Part shown: positions 38,687-50,612 of the stretch, piece by piece | How the letters are laid out: every line of letters starts with the position of its first letter | Numbering within the stretch: the stretch's first letter is position 1 | Assembly: GCA_963674825.1 (NCBI GenBank) | Contig: OY771587.1 | Location: forward strand, 3,520,001 to 3,584,000 | Direction of reading: 5' to 3' | Length of the DNA stretch: 64,000 nucleotides | Origin: Candidatus Cloacimonadales bacterium | GTDB taxonomy: Bacteria; Cloacimonadota; Cloacimonadia; Cloacimonadales; JAIOQZ01 | Made by a program: the position numbers and the translations under genes | Notes under the pieces: generated by a model | Seen by the model: the letters and a program-made list of their open reading frames with translations, nothing else | The model's database searches: none | What the model was told of the DNA's origin: nothing

Positions 38687-39288
38687 CCCGTCTTCGTAAT
38701 TTCATCATCAATTCATTCATTGGCGGTATCCTTGTACTGCTGCCGCTGGTTGTAACCGGATCGATCATTGTGTGGATCATCATCCGGCTCGTACATATCA
38801 TCCGGCCGATCGTTGGAATCCTTGGCACCGATTCGAGGCTCGAGATCGCGCTGGCCTACCTCATCGTCATTGCAGGATTTCTTTTAATCTGCTTCATGAT
38901 CGGCGCAACAGTGAGAACTCGTTCCGGTACACGTTTGCATACGTTTCTGGAAAAACACCTTTTCAATCGCTTTCCCGGCTACAAGCTGATAACCGAGACG
39001 ATCAAGCTGCTTTTCGGCGACCGCAAGTTCCTCTTCTCTCGCGTCGCGCTCATCCAGCTCTACGAAAACAGTACGTATGTAACAGGTTACATTACCGACG
39101 AACACCCGAGCGGTCTTGTAACCGTATTCGTACCTACAGGCCCCAACCCCACTTCCGGCATGATCTATCACGTACAGAAACAGTATGTTCACCCGATTGA
39201 ATCCAAATCTGAAGAAACGATCAAAACGATCCTCAGTTGTGGTGCCGGCTCGAGCAAGTTGATCGATAAACTGAACCAACCTGAGTAA
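38683..39288 (+). CDS. DUF502 family membrane protein
   Basis: 'GILVLLPLVVT', 'RFPGYKLI', 'VFVPTGPNPTSG'. Confidence 0.85.
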   Translation: MTRLRNFIINSFIGGILVLLPLVVTGSIIVWIIIRLVHIIRPIVGILGTDSRLEIALAYLIVIAGFLLICFMIGATVRTRSGTRLHTFLEKHLFNRFPGYKLITETIKLLFGDRKFLFSRVALIQLYENSTYVTGYITDEHPSGLVTVFVPTGPNPTSGMIYHVQKQYVHPIESKSEETIKTILSCGAGSSKLIDKLNQPE

Positions 39289-39364
39289 CGCAAGACTGCA
39301 TGCTGTGCAAGCAGTTCGATCTCGAAGATACTCATTGCGCTTCGTCTGAAAGAAAGGAGATACC

Positions 39365-40552
39365 ATGAAATATTTTGCATTTCTTGTAGCGGCATTCATG
39401 ACATTGTGCCTGAATGCGTCGGATCTTACACAATGGGCGGACAGCACCAACGCTTTTTCCGCAGGATTATACCGGCAGATCAGCGAACCGGGTAAGAACC
39501 TGATTTATTCACCCTACAGCATCTCGTCAGCGCTCTCCATGACTTCCCTGGGTGCGCTGGGCGAAACCCGGGATGAAATGCAGAAGGTGCTTCATTCGGG
39601 CAGCGAGAGCTACAATCAGTCTTTCGGAACCGTATTCAAGACGCTGGAGTCGGTCGGAAAATTCGGCAACGTATCGCTCAATATCGCCAATTCAATCTGG
39701 GTGGAGAAAGAATACCGGCTGCGTCAGCGTTTCATCGACGCCAATCGCAAATATTATAACGCAGGACTATACTCGGTTGAGTTCAGCAAGAACCCCGAGA
39801 AGGCACGCAAAAAAATTAATGGCTGGATCGAAGAGCAGACCAACGACAAGATCAGGGATATGCTGGCGGAGAACGACCTCAGCCCGGTTACAAGACTTGT
39901 TCTGGCAAACGCCGTGTACTTCTACGGTCACTGGCTGCATGGGTTCGATCCCAATAAGACGGCAGACCAGAGCTTCTTCCCCACCGCCACCGATGAAATC
40001 TCAGCCCCGTTCATGCACATCAAAGAGCGCTTCCGCACACGCAGCGATAACATGATGACCGCGCTCGAAATTCAATATCTGGGTGAAGACGTCTCCATGA
40101 TTATCGTGCTGCCCAGGGAAAAAGACGGCCTCGCAAAGCTCGAAGAACGCATCGACTACCTGCGCGAATGGCTTCCCGTGAAAGATGTTGATCTCCGCCG
40201 CGAGATGAATGTCTATGTTCCGCGTTTCAAGTTCGAGGCATCGTTCAACCTGCGTGACGCGCTTATGGCGATGGGTATGGAGAAGGCGTTCACGGATCAG
40301 GCGGATTTCCGTGAGATCGAGCCCAACGGCGAGCTGTTCATCTCCCGGGTGAAGCACAAGGCATTCATTGAAGTGAACGAAGCCGGCACCGAAGCTGCAG
40401 CGGCGACGGTGGTAGAGATGCGACTCAAATCGGCTGCCGTACCGGAACAGACACCTGAATTCAGAGCCGATCACCCGTTTCTGTTTGTTATCAGACACAA
40501 TTTCACAGGCGCGATCCTGTTTGTGGGTAAGGTAGAGAATCCTCTGCAATAA
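39365..40552 (+). CDS. Secreted serpin (serine protease inhibitor)
   Basis: 'NLIYSPYSIS', 'NAVYFYGHW', hinge 'EAGTEAAAAT', 'FRADHPFLFVIR...ILFVGKV.NP'. Confidence 0.95.
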   Translation: MKYFAFLVAAFMTLCLNASDLTQWADSTNAFSAGLYRQISEPGKNLIYSPYSISSALSMTSLGALGETRDEMQKVLHSGSESYNQSFGTVFKTLESVGKFGNVSLNIANSIWVEKEYRLRQRFIDANRKYYNAGLYSVEFSKNPEKARKKINGWIEEQTNDKIRDMLAENDLSPVTRLVLANAVYFYGHWLHGFDPNKTADQSFFPTATDEISAPFMHIKERFRTRSDNMMTALEIQYLGEDVSMIIVLPREKDGLAKLEERIDYLREWLPVKDVDLRREMNVYVPRFKFEASFNLRDALMAMGMEKAFTDQADFREIEPNGELFISRVKHKAFIEVNEAGTEAAAATVVEMRLKSAAVPEQTPEFRADHPFLFVIRHNFTGAILFVGKVENPLQ

Positions 40553-40576
40553 ATTGCGAGCCATCCATGTTTTGCT

Positions 40577-40602
40577 GTAGGGGCAGGTCCCTGTGCCTGC
40601 CC
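40577..40602 (+). repeat. GTAG-type REP palindrome
   Basis: GTAG-GGGCAGG-TCCCTGTG-CCTGCCC. Confidence 0.7.
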
Positions 40603-40638
40603 TCTTGAAGAGCCAAGAGAGAAAAAATCGGAAGTTGA

Positions 40639-43163
<2,525 letters not shown>

Positions 43164-43183
43164 CAAAGAAACAGCAGAAGAAT

Positions 43184-43349
43184 GGGCAATCACAGTGGAT
43201 TGTCCCTAAAGGAATTTCGTTTTCACTTCGTGAAAGCCGATGTTCCACTAACATGACTTTTTTTCGCGGAATCCAGCGATCCACTCTCGCTATTTCGCTT
43301 GGCGAAAGGCTTTCGTTCGAAGTTTTCGTTTTCACTTCGTGAAAGCCGA
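43184..43349. repeat. REP-like palindrome followed by two identical 26-bp hairpin-containing direct repeats
   Basis: gggcaatcacagtggattgtcccta at 43184; tttcgttttcacttcgtgaaagccga at 43215-43240 and 43324-43349. Confidence 0.75.
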
Positions 43350-43354
43350 AAATA

Positions 43355-46330
43355 CTATTTCAGCAGCAACATCTTCCGGGTACCGGCCACCTTACCATCA
43401 ACCTTGAGCTGATAGAAATAGACGCCCGTTGCGACATGCTTTCCACGGCCATCGGTTCCATCCCAGACAACGCTGTGCCTTCCGGGTGCAAACTGCTCAT
43501 CGAGTACCTTGCGAACCATCTGACCGCGGATGTTGTAAACCTTCAGTTCAGCGCGCGCGTAATTCTTCATACTGAATTCGATAGTCGTCTCGGGATTGAA
43601 CGGATTGGGATAGTTACCATGCAGAATCGCGTATTTCGGCGCGGTTGCCGACGATCCGGATCCTTGCGGCATCTCATGGTAATTGGTCTCTTCGTAAGCG
43701 ATGTTCAGGATTTCAACAGCGTCGGAAGTTCTTACCTCGATGTAGTAGTAATCGTTTGGCGCTTCGATCTCGGAAAATCCGCTGATATCATGCCAATCTT
43801 CCCATTCAACCAGGCTGACATCGTCAAACCAGTTGTAGCCGTCCGGATCGCTGTTGAACTCGCTGTATATCTGAACGTCAAAGAAGTTGGTTCCGTCCGG
43901 GGGATCGATCTCTTTCCAATAGTGGTGCCAGTCGGTTGTGCCTGAGATATCTTCATCAAGCGAGTATTCAGCTAGCATGGAGCCCTGGGTACGTGCCGTA
44001 TGATTGCGGATTTTCAGCGTAGCATACTCGGCTTCTTCCGTTTTGATGTAGCCTTGAAGCGTGAACATCGTGGTATCCGAATCGCATTTGATTCTATTAT
44101 CGAGGTTGACCGTCACGCCATCGCTGCCGCTCCAGAGCTGTTGCCGAAGTGAGCGTAAACCACGGTATGCAACGAAGTCGTCATAGTCCTCGTAGTTGCT
44201 GTTGAGGTTCCATAACGTGCATCCTTCATCTTCCATATTACCCCACCAGAGGCGTTCCCGTCCCACGCGATACTGGCAATTAGCCACAAGGTCAGCAACC
44301 TGAAGCGACGAGATGTTTCCCTGACGTGTGAGGCGAATCGGGCCCGACGTGCTCCAGTCGTCAACCTGCACCATATCGAGCGTCTCTTCATAAAGCTCAG
44401 TTTCAGTATCGAACTGGGTTGTGTCCATGATTACATAGGCAATAACTTCCTCGCGATCGACATCCAGCCAGGTGTCGAGTTCTTTCGATTTCTGCGCCAG
44501 ATAGTCCAGGATATAGAGCCCGAGTTCGTTTTGCGCCGGTTGCGTGATGTAGTCGTCAATAAAGGCCGGGACGATCGAGAAATTCTTGTAGCCGTCTTCA
44601 TCGACCTCCGCGTTGAGGATCATCGTGGGCATTGTTTCGGGATAATCAAGGTCGAAGACGTAGTTGCCGAGCGAATGCGCGATCAGCTTGCCGTTATATA
44701 CCTCGAGGCCGTGGATGATGTGCGGATGATGCACAATCACCAGGTCAGCGCCGTTATCGATTGCGAAGTGGCGCATTTGCCGATCCCACATCTGCGGAAC
44801 ATCGTAGAGTGGCGAATAATCTTCATCGGCATTGTTGTTTAAATCCGGTTCGTCTGGAAGGTCGTATTCGTTACCCGGTTCGGTGGAATATTCGCTACCT
44901 GCGTGCCATATCATGGTAATAATATCAGCGGTCTCCTGAACGGATTCGATCTGCTGCAGGACATTATACGGCGTCATGTAAGCGAATCCCGATTTATTGA
45001 GCCCCGCGTTGAGGTAAGGCTGGAAGTTGTTGTACTGTCCTGTGCGGTCGCTGGACATCAGGAAAGCCATGTTGATACCGGCGGGGTTGGCAAAAACGGG
45101 CTGGCTGGCTTCGTAGAGATCCATTCCCGCACCGCTGAACGCGATCCCTTCCTGAGTCAGCATCTGTTGCGTTTCGACGAGCCCTTCTTCCATATAATCA
45201 AGAATATGGTTGTTCGCGATGGTAACAATGTCGATTCCAGCGTATGTTAGGCCTTCGACATTGTCTGGATTTCCCTTGAAACAAACGGTTTTGGTCGGGT
45301 GCTGGTTATATGAATTTGTCAGCTGACACTCGAGGTTGGCGATGGTCAGGTCTGCGGCTTCACCAAGGATGGATAACGTGGGATCGAAGATCGCTTCGAC
45401 ACCCAGCGTGTTGATGATCCCATTCCAATCATCGTATCGTCTTGCCAGCATGATATCACCCACGAAATTAACCTTAATAGGCAGCGTGGTTTCGCCTTCA
45501 TCGACCCAAATCTCGCAGGTAGCTGTTCCCCACATTCCGCTATCGTCCCGCACCTGTAGCAGTACGGTGTAATCATGGTCATCTTCGATCGTGTAGGTAT
45601 GCAATGGTTCTGCTTCCTGGCTGGTTGCGCCATCGCCAAAGGACCAGAAATACTCAAATGTCTCGCTATCGGGATCCGTTACCTCTGCATGAAACTGGGC
45701 GGTAACGAAGCGGTCGCTGCGTGTAGGAACCTCGTAGCTTATCGCAACTGTCGGCTCAACCGGCAAATCTTCGGTGATGTTAACGATATGGTCAAAGTAA
45801 ACCTCGCCGGAATTGCTACCATCGTTGTCGTTTACATAGACAATGGAAGTTATTGTGGGATAGTATTCAAAACGCGCCATCCAGTCGTCAGCAACCGGTA
45901 GCAGGATAGTATTCCATTGATCTATCGGAAAAGCACCCTGATAGACGGTTACCCATTCATCGATGTCCAGTTCCTGGGAGCCGGCAAAGCTGTAGAAAAG
46001 TGTATGTGCGCTGTCTTGAAGCGCAAAGCCTTGAATCTCGCTGACATTATCCACGTAAACCGCGACCTGCCAGACATCGCCTTCCACTACATCGATCGAA
46101 TCGACAGCTTCAACCTTCCAGGTGTTACCAAACAGTTTAAGGGCGTATTCCGATTCGTTCCAAGTAGTAAGAGAATCGAGCGACCAGTCGTCCGGATCGC
46201 CGTCTTCATCGGCATATGATTCAAGTTCGATCAGTCCATCCTCGAAGTCTTCGATTACAACCTCGCGGTATCCAGTGGCGCTCAGGCCGATTATAAACAT
46301 GCTGAGAGCAAGAAGTATCAATGTGCGCAT
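43355..46330 (-). CDS. Secreted CapA/PGA_cap metallophosphatase-family protein with PKD and C-terminal FlgD-Ig/CTD-like domains
   Basis: PKD 'WSFGDG'; 'VGDIMLAR', 'NLEC', 'ANNHILDY', 'HAGSEY', 'HHPH', 'SLGNYVFD'; tail 'NYPNPFNPETTI...WDGTD...GVYFYQL...KMLLLK'. Confidence 0.85.
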   Translation of the reverse strand: MRTLILLALSMFIIGLSATGYREVVIEDFEDGLIELESYADEDGDPDDWSLDSLTTWNESEYALKLFGNTWKVEAVDSIDVVEGDVWQVAVYVDNVSEIQGFALQDSAHTLFYSFAGSQELDIDEWVTVYQGAFPIDQWNTILLPVADDWMARFEYYPTITSIVYVNDNDGSNSGEVYFDHIVNITEDLPVEPTVAISYEVPTRSDRFVTAQFHAEVTDPDSETFEYFWSFGDGATSQEAEPLHTYTIEDDHDYTVLLQVRDDSGMWGTATCEIWVDEGETTLPIKVNFVGDIMLARRYDDWNGIINTLGVEAIFDPTLSILGEAADLTIANLECQLTNSYNQHPTKTVCFKGNPDNVEGLTYAGIDIVTIANNHILDYMEEGLVETQQMLTQEGIAFSGAGMDLYEASQPVFANPAGINMAFLMSSDRTGQYNNFQPYLNAGLNKSGFAYMTPYNVLQQIESVQETADIITMIWHAGSEYSTEPGNEYDLPDEPDLNNNADEDYSPLYDVPQMWDRQMRHFAIDNGADLVIVHHPHIIHGLEVYNGKLIAHSLGNYVFDLDYPETMPTMILNAEVDEDGYKNFSIVPAFIDDYITQPAQNELGLYILDYLAQKSKELDTWLDVDREEVIAYVIMDTTQFDTETELYEETLDMVQVDDWSTSGPIRLTRQGNISSLQVADLVANCQYRVGRERLWWGNMEDEGCTLWNLNSNYEDYDDFVAYRGLRSLRQQLWSGSDGVTVNLDNRIKCDSDTTMFTLQGYIKTEEAEYATLKIRNHTARTQGSMLAEYSLDEDISGTTDWHHYWKEIDPPDGTNFFDVQIYSEFNSDPDGYNWFDDVSLVEWEDWHDISGFSEIEAPNDYYYIEVRTSDAVEILNIAYEETNYHEMPQGSGSSATAPKYAILHGNYPNPFNPETTIEFSMKNYARAELKVYNIRGQMVRKVLDEQFAPGRHSVVWDGTDGRGKHVATGVYFYQLKVDGKVAGTRKMLLLK

Positions 46331-46485
46331 ACGCTATCCTTTGTTGAAGTTGGAGATCGTGTACCGATGTCATGTGTATCAAGATTCGTTCCACATTGCA
46401 AGAAAAATTATCATCGTACTCAGACGGGAATTCGTTTTCATTGACAGCGAGAGCGGCGACGAGGTTGTTTACCTGCGAGGTAAAA

Positions 46486-48420
46486 ATGAACGTAGTAGCA
46501 TATATCTCCGATCACGGCTTTGGCCACGCAACTCGTATGGAAGCGCTTGTGCGTCAACTAAACGACTTCGGTATCTTCTGCCATATCCGCACGGGCAGAC
46601 CGGAATTTCTATTCAATACGCTCAATGACCAGTTTTATCAATACGAGGATGTACGACTCGACGATGGCATGACCCACGAAAACTGGTGGACCATCGACAT
46701 GGAAACCACCCGGAAGCGGATTTTTGAGCGTTACAAGGATTACGAAGCGCTTGTGGAAGCCGAAGTTTCCTTCCTAAAAGAGAACCACATCGATCTGGTT
46801 ATCGCGGATGTCCCACCGCTCGCGTTCGAGATCGCGAAGCGTGCAGGTGTTTTCAGCATCGCAATCTCAAACTTCGACTGGCACTATATCTACCGCAATG
46901 TATTCACCCAAGATAAAGAGCTGAAGCCCCTCCTCGATCAGATCGCCTCGCTGTATGGCAAGGCTGACTGTTCTTTCCGACTTCCGTTTTCGGACAGTCA
47001 GAGCATCACCGGAGAAAAAAAAGGCGTTCTGGCCAGAAAACTTCCGCAGAATCGCGCAAAATTCTGTCGTGAGCACAATATCGATCCCAACGACCTCATC
47101 GTACGTGTTTCCTTCGGTGGTGAAGGCGGTAATCCCGTCGATATGGACAGCCTGCTGAAAGTGCCGGGTATCACGGTTCTCACCAACGATCAGCACGGCG
47201 AGGATCACGATAACTACCGCGCGCTTTCGGGAAACCAGGCTTTCACCGAAGCACTGGGTGCGACCGATGTCATCATCACCAAGCTCGGATACAGTACGCT
47301 GGCCGAGTTGACCCAAATGGGCATTTTCCTTATCTATACATACCGCGAAGACTACCCGGAAAACAAGATCCTGGAAGGCGATCTCGATGGTTACGCACGC
47401 AAAATCCACGTTCCGCTCGATCAAATCGGCAGCGCAGACTGGAACAACCTGCTCGATCAGGCTAAACAGCGGCTTCAAGAACCTTACAACGTACGCAAGT
47501 ACAGGAATCGAAATCGCGATATCGCGCTAAGCTGCATTCAGCGCTGCTTCGATGGCCGGACCGGCAAGAAAGCAGTCATCGATGTGGGAACCAACAACAT
47601 CCAAATGCTGTGGGCAATCGGTAAGGATGTAGTACACCGCGCATCACAAATATCAGCTCTGGGCAAAGGCATGAAAGACGGTATCCTGACCGGAGCTGCG
47701 ATCATTCGCGCCAAACACATCCTGCGAGACTACGTAGATTCCGCACGTGCCTTCACAGAAGATATCACCGTCACCGGAACCAGTTGCTCCCGCGAGGCAA
47801 AAAACATTCACCTGCTGTCCGACTGGCTTCATAAGCGCTACGGAATCGGCTATCACATCCTCTCCGAAAAAGAAGAAGCCGGGTTGAGCGCACTGGTGAT
47901 GCGGGTTGATTTCCCGGAGCATAAACGCCTGGTATCGTTCGATATCGGTGGTGGCAGTACTGAATTCAATCTTCTGCAAGACGGTGAATTGCTCGAATCG
48001 ATCAGCTTACCGGTGGGAATACGTCGCCTTGAAAACCTGTTCACATCGAATACCGAAGCAAAGATTGAGTACATCTCAAGCCAATTGAACCGTATAGCAA
48101 GCTGGAAAAGTGAGCCGGTGACACTCGTGGGAATCGGCGGAAGTATTGCAAATCTTGCTGCCGTGAAAGCCGGATTAATTCGCTACAATCCAGAAATTGT
48201 CCATAAAATGATCCTCAGCTCAGACGATATGAAGAATTTCATTGACACTTTCGGAAAATTAACCTACAAAGAAATCCAGGAACTGATGCCTTTCGAACCG
48301 GCTCGCGCGGATCTGATCCGAACCGGTTCCATATTTATTAAGATGGTTATGGACTTTTTCGACCAGGAAAGGGTGATTGTTAGCGACCGTGGCTTGATGT
48401 TTGGAGTGCTGTACCAGTAA
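46486..48420 (+). CDS. GT-B glycosyltransferase-like domain fused to a Ppx/GppA phosphatase
   Basis: N-terminal 'YISDHGFGHATR', 'ITKLGYSTLAE'; C-terminal 'IDVGTN', 'GTSCSREAKN', 'EEA', 'DIGGGSTE', 'RADLI', 'SDRGL'; GAGGT RBS before ATG 46486. Confidence 0.82.
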   Translation: MNVVAYISDHGFGHATRMEALVRQLNDFGIFCHIRTGRPEFLFNTLNDQFYQYEDVRLDDGMTHENWWTIDMETTRKRIFERYKDYEALVEAEVSFLKENHIDLVIADVPPLAFEIAKRAGVFSIAISNFDWHYIYRNVFTQDKELKPLLDQIASLYGKADCSFRLPFSDSQSITGEKKGVLARKLPQNRAKFCREHNIDPNDLIVRVSFGGEGGNPVDMDSLLKVPGITVLTNDQHGEDHDNYRALSGNQAFTEALGATDVIITKLGYSTLAELTQMGIFLIYTYREDYPENKILEGDLDGYARKIHVPLDQIGSADWNNLLDQAKQRLQEPYNVRKYRNRNRDIALSCIQRCFDGRTGKKAVIDVGTNNIQMLWAIGKDVVHRASQISALGKGMKDGILTGAAIIRAKHILRDYVDSARAFTEDITVTGTSCSREAKNIHLLSDWLHKRYGIGYHILSEKEEAGLSALVMRVDFPEHKRLVSFDIGGGSTEFNLLQDGELLESISLPVGIRRLENLFTSNTEAKIEYISSQLNRIASWKSEPVTLVGIGGSIANLAAVKAGLIRYNPEIVHKMILSSDDMKNFIDTFGKLTYKEIQELMPFEPARADLIRTGSIFIKMVMDFFDQERVIVSDRGLMFGVLYQ

Positions 48421-48458
48421 AGTCCTGTAATCGATCAATTCGACAATCGGGGTTTGTT

Positions 48459-50612
48459 ATGTCTTCTGCGATGAAAATAGAGCAATTACCGCGTGGCGGA
48501 ATAATCGTACGCTCTGGTGACGATTGTATCCAATATGGAGCACCACCCGAAACGATCAAGGACACCCAAAGGCGTTCTGAAGGCGTTCCAAGACACTATT
48601 TAATACCACATCAAATGTTCGATATCCAGCGCGGAATCTCGCTGGCTGATATGGAATTCCCCGTTTATTACAATTTTTTCCAGAGTGGTGGGAAGACCAT
48701 CATCATCTGTACTGAGGAGCAACGCAAACGCTTACAGATGATCCTTCGTGAATCTCTTTTCGGACCGGAAAAGCTTGAACCTGCCTATCTCGAATCTGAG
48801 ATACGCTATTTTCGCAATAACCCATTCAATCCCGGCCATCAGATGAACCTCTCGGACCTGGTTCAGTTCAGGGTATTCAAGAATCACGAGATAACGATCG
48901 GTGGTTTCAGCATTCGTCGTCACAATGACGGAAGCTTCGATGTTGTTGATAAGGATGGAAATCAAACAAACCTGGCCCAGAACGCAATTTTCGGGGAGCG
49001 TCCTCAGATCAGTGACGTTCATTATTATTCCTTTCGCCAACCAATCTACGGGATTACCATCCTTGGTGCAGGAGACGGTTTCAACCCCGATTCGATAACA
49101 TCTGGAATGATCGTCTGGGTAAACAGGCGCGGAATTATCGTCGATCCACCGGTAAACACTACCGAACGCATGGCTCGACTCGGAGTGAGCCCCAAGCTCA
49201 TCGATAGCGTGATCCTGACCCATTGTCATTCCGACCACGATGCCGGTACCATCCAGCAGCTCATGCAGGAAGGACGACTTAACCTCTATACAACGCAGTC
49301 TATCTTCTCAGGATTTTTGCGCAAAATCTCAGCGCTGACCTGCATCGAGAAGGATCATCTGCGCAAGATGGTCTCTTTCTACCCAGTGAAAATCGACGAA
49401 CCGCAACGCATCGGCGGAGCGGAATTCCGATTCCAGTACAACCTCCATTCGCTGCCTACGATATCTTTCAGGGTATCTCTGCACGGTATTGACATGGTCT
49501 ATAGTTCCGACACGCAAAACGATCCCGATTTCATCGAAAAGATGTATCGTGAAGGGTTTATCGATCAGAAGCGTCGTGATCAGTTACTGGATTTCCCATG
49601 GGACAGCGATGTTATATTTCACGAAGCAGGCTCCAAGCCGCTCCATACACCGATAGAATTTCTCTGCAACCTGCCAGAGGAAGTACGCCGCAAGATGTAT
49701 CTTCTGCACACCGACTTATCAAGAATTCCACCAGATTCCGGCCTGCGGATCGCCCCCACCGGATTGGCGAATACCATCACGATGGATGTCGGCGAGATGC
49801 CGCATGATGCTGCTATCGAAGTGCTCGATGTGCTCTCGCATATGGATATGTTCCGTGAGCTTCCCATCGAAAAAGCACGCGAGATTCTCATCTATATCAA
49901 ACGTCGGTCATACGCAAAATCCGAAGTGATTCATCGTGAAGGCGATCCGGCAGAGTACTTCAGCATCATCCTGCACGGTGCTGTGCGAATCGAAGTAAAT
50001 GGCAAACATATCACGACGCTGGGAAAGGGCGATTTTTTCGGTGAAAAATCGATGATGCTTGGGTTAAGCCATAGCGGTGACGCTGTTGCGGAAACTGATG
50101 TAGAACTGCTATCTATCGAGCGGGATGATTTTTACGCGCTGATTCAAGGTACCGAACTGCAAGACACGCTGGACCATCTGGCACGCATTCAGAACCTCGA
50201 GCTCTGGAAGCTGGTGCAAAACAATCCTGAATTCGCCAGTCTTACGCCTACTCAGATCAATCACCTTCATCGTATGTTCAATTCGGAAATTCTATCCATT
50301 GCAGCCGGAAAGAGATTCATCCGCCAGGGCGATCTGATCGATTCATGCTACGTTATAAAAAAAGGCAGTGTCGATGTGATTCAGAATAACCGGGTCATTG
50401 ACACGATTGGAGTGGGCGATATTTTCGGCGTGACTGCGATCTTCGATAAGGAACGAAAAGTTCACCACGGCTTTCGCTGTGTCGATGATGTCGAGCTGTA
50501 CTCGATCGGACGTGAAGCGATGATCGAATACATCGAGAAGAATCCCGGTGCATATGCCCGGCTATATTACTCGAACTATATCCAAAGTTCACCGGAGAAC
50601 AGATGCTTGTAA
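48459..50612 (+). CDS. Metallo-beta-lactamase-fold hydrolase (putative cyclic-nucleotide phosphodiesterase) with two cNMP-binding domains
   Basis: 'LTHCHSDHDAG', 'LHSLP', 'YSSDT', 'HEAG..PLHT'; cNMP domains 'GDFFGEKS' and 'GDIFG'. Confidence 0.82.
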   Translation: MSSAMKIEQLPRGGIIVRSGDDCIQYGAPPETIKDTQRRSEGVPRHYLIPHQMFDIQRGISLADMEFPVYYNFFQSGGKTIIICTEEQRKRLQMILRESLFGPEKLEPAYLESEIRYFRNNPFNPGHQMNLSDLVQFRVFKNHEITIGGFSIRRHNDGSFDVVDKDGNQTNLAQNAIFGERPQISDVHYYSFRQPIYGITILGAGDGFNPDSITSGMIVWVNRRGIIVDPPVNTTERMARLGVSPKLIDSVILTHCHSDHDAGTIQQLMQEGRLNLYTTQSIFSGFLRKISALTCIEKDHLRKMVSFYPVKIDEPQRIGGAEFRFQYNLHSLPTISFRVSLHGIDMVYSSDTQNDPDFIEKMYREGFIDQKRRDQLLDFPWDSDVIFHEAGSKPLHTPIEFLCNLPEEVRRKMYLLHTDLSRIPPDSGLRIAPTGLANTITMDVGEMPHDAAIEVLDVLSHMDMFRELPIEKAREILIYIKRRSYAKSEVIHREGDPAEYFSIILHGAVRIEVNGKHITTLGKGDFFGEKSMMLGLSHSGDAVAETDVELLSIERDDFYALIQGTELQDTLDHLARIQNLELWKLVQNNPEFASLTPTQINHLHRMFNSEILSIAAGKRFIRQGDLIDSCYVIKKGSVDVIQNNRVIDTIGVGDIFGVTAIFDKERKVHHGFRCVDDVELYSIGREAMIEYIEKNPGAYARLYYSNYIQSSPENRCL

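Noticed and set aside
43215..43349. Mini CRISPR array
   Set aside because: Only two repeats, an 83-bp spacer and no cas genes in the window.
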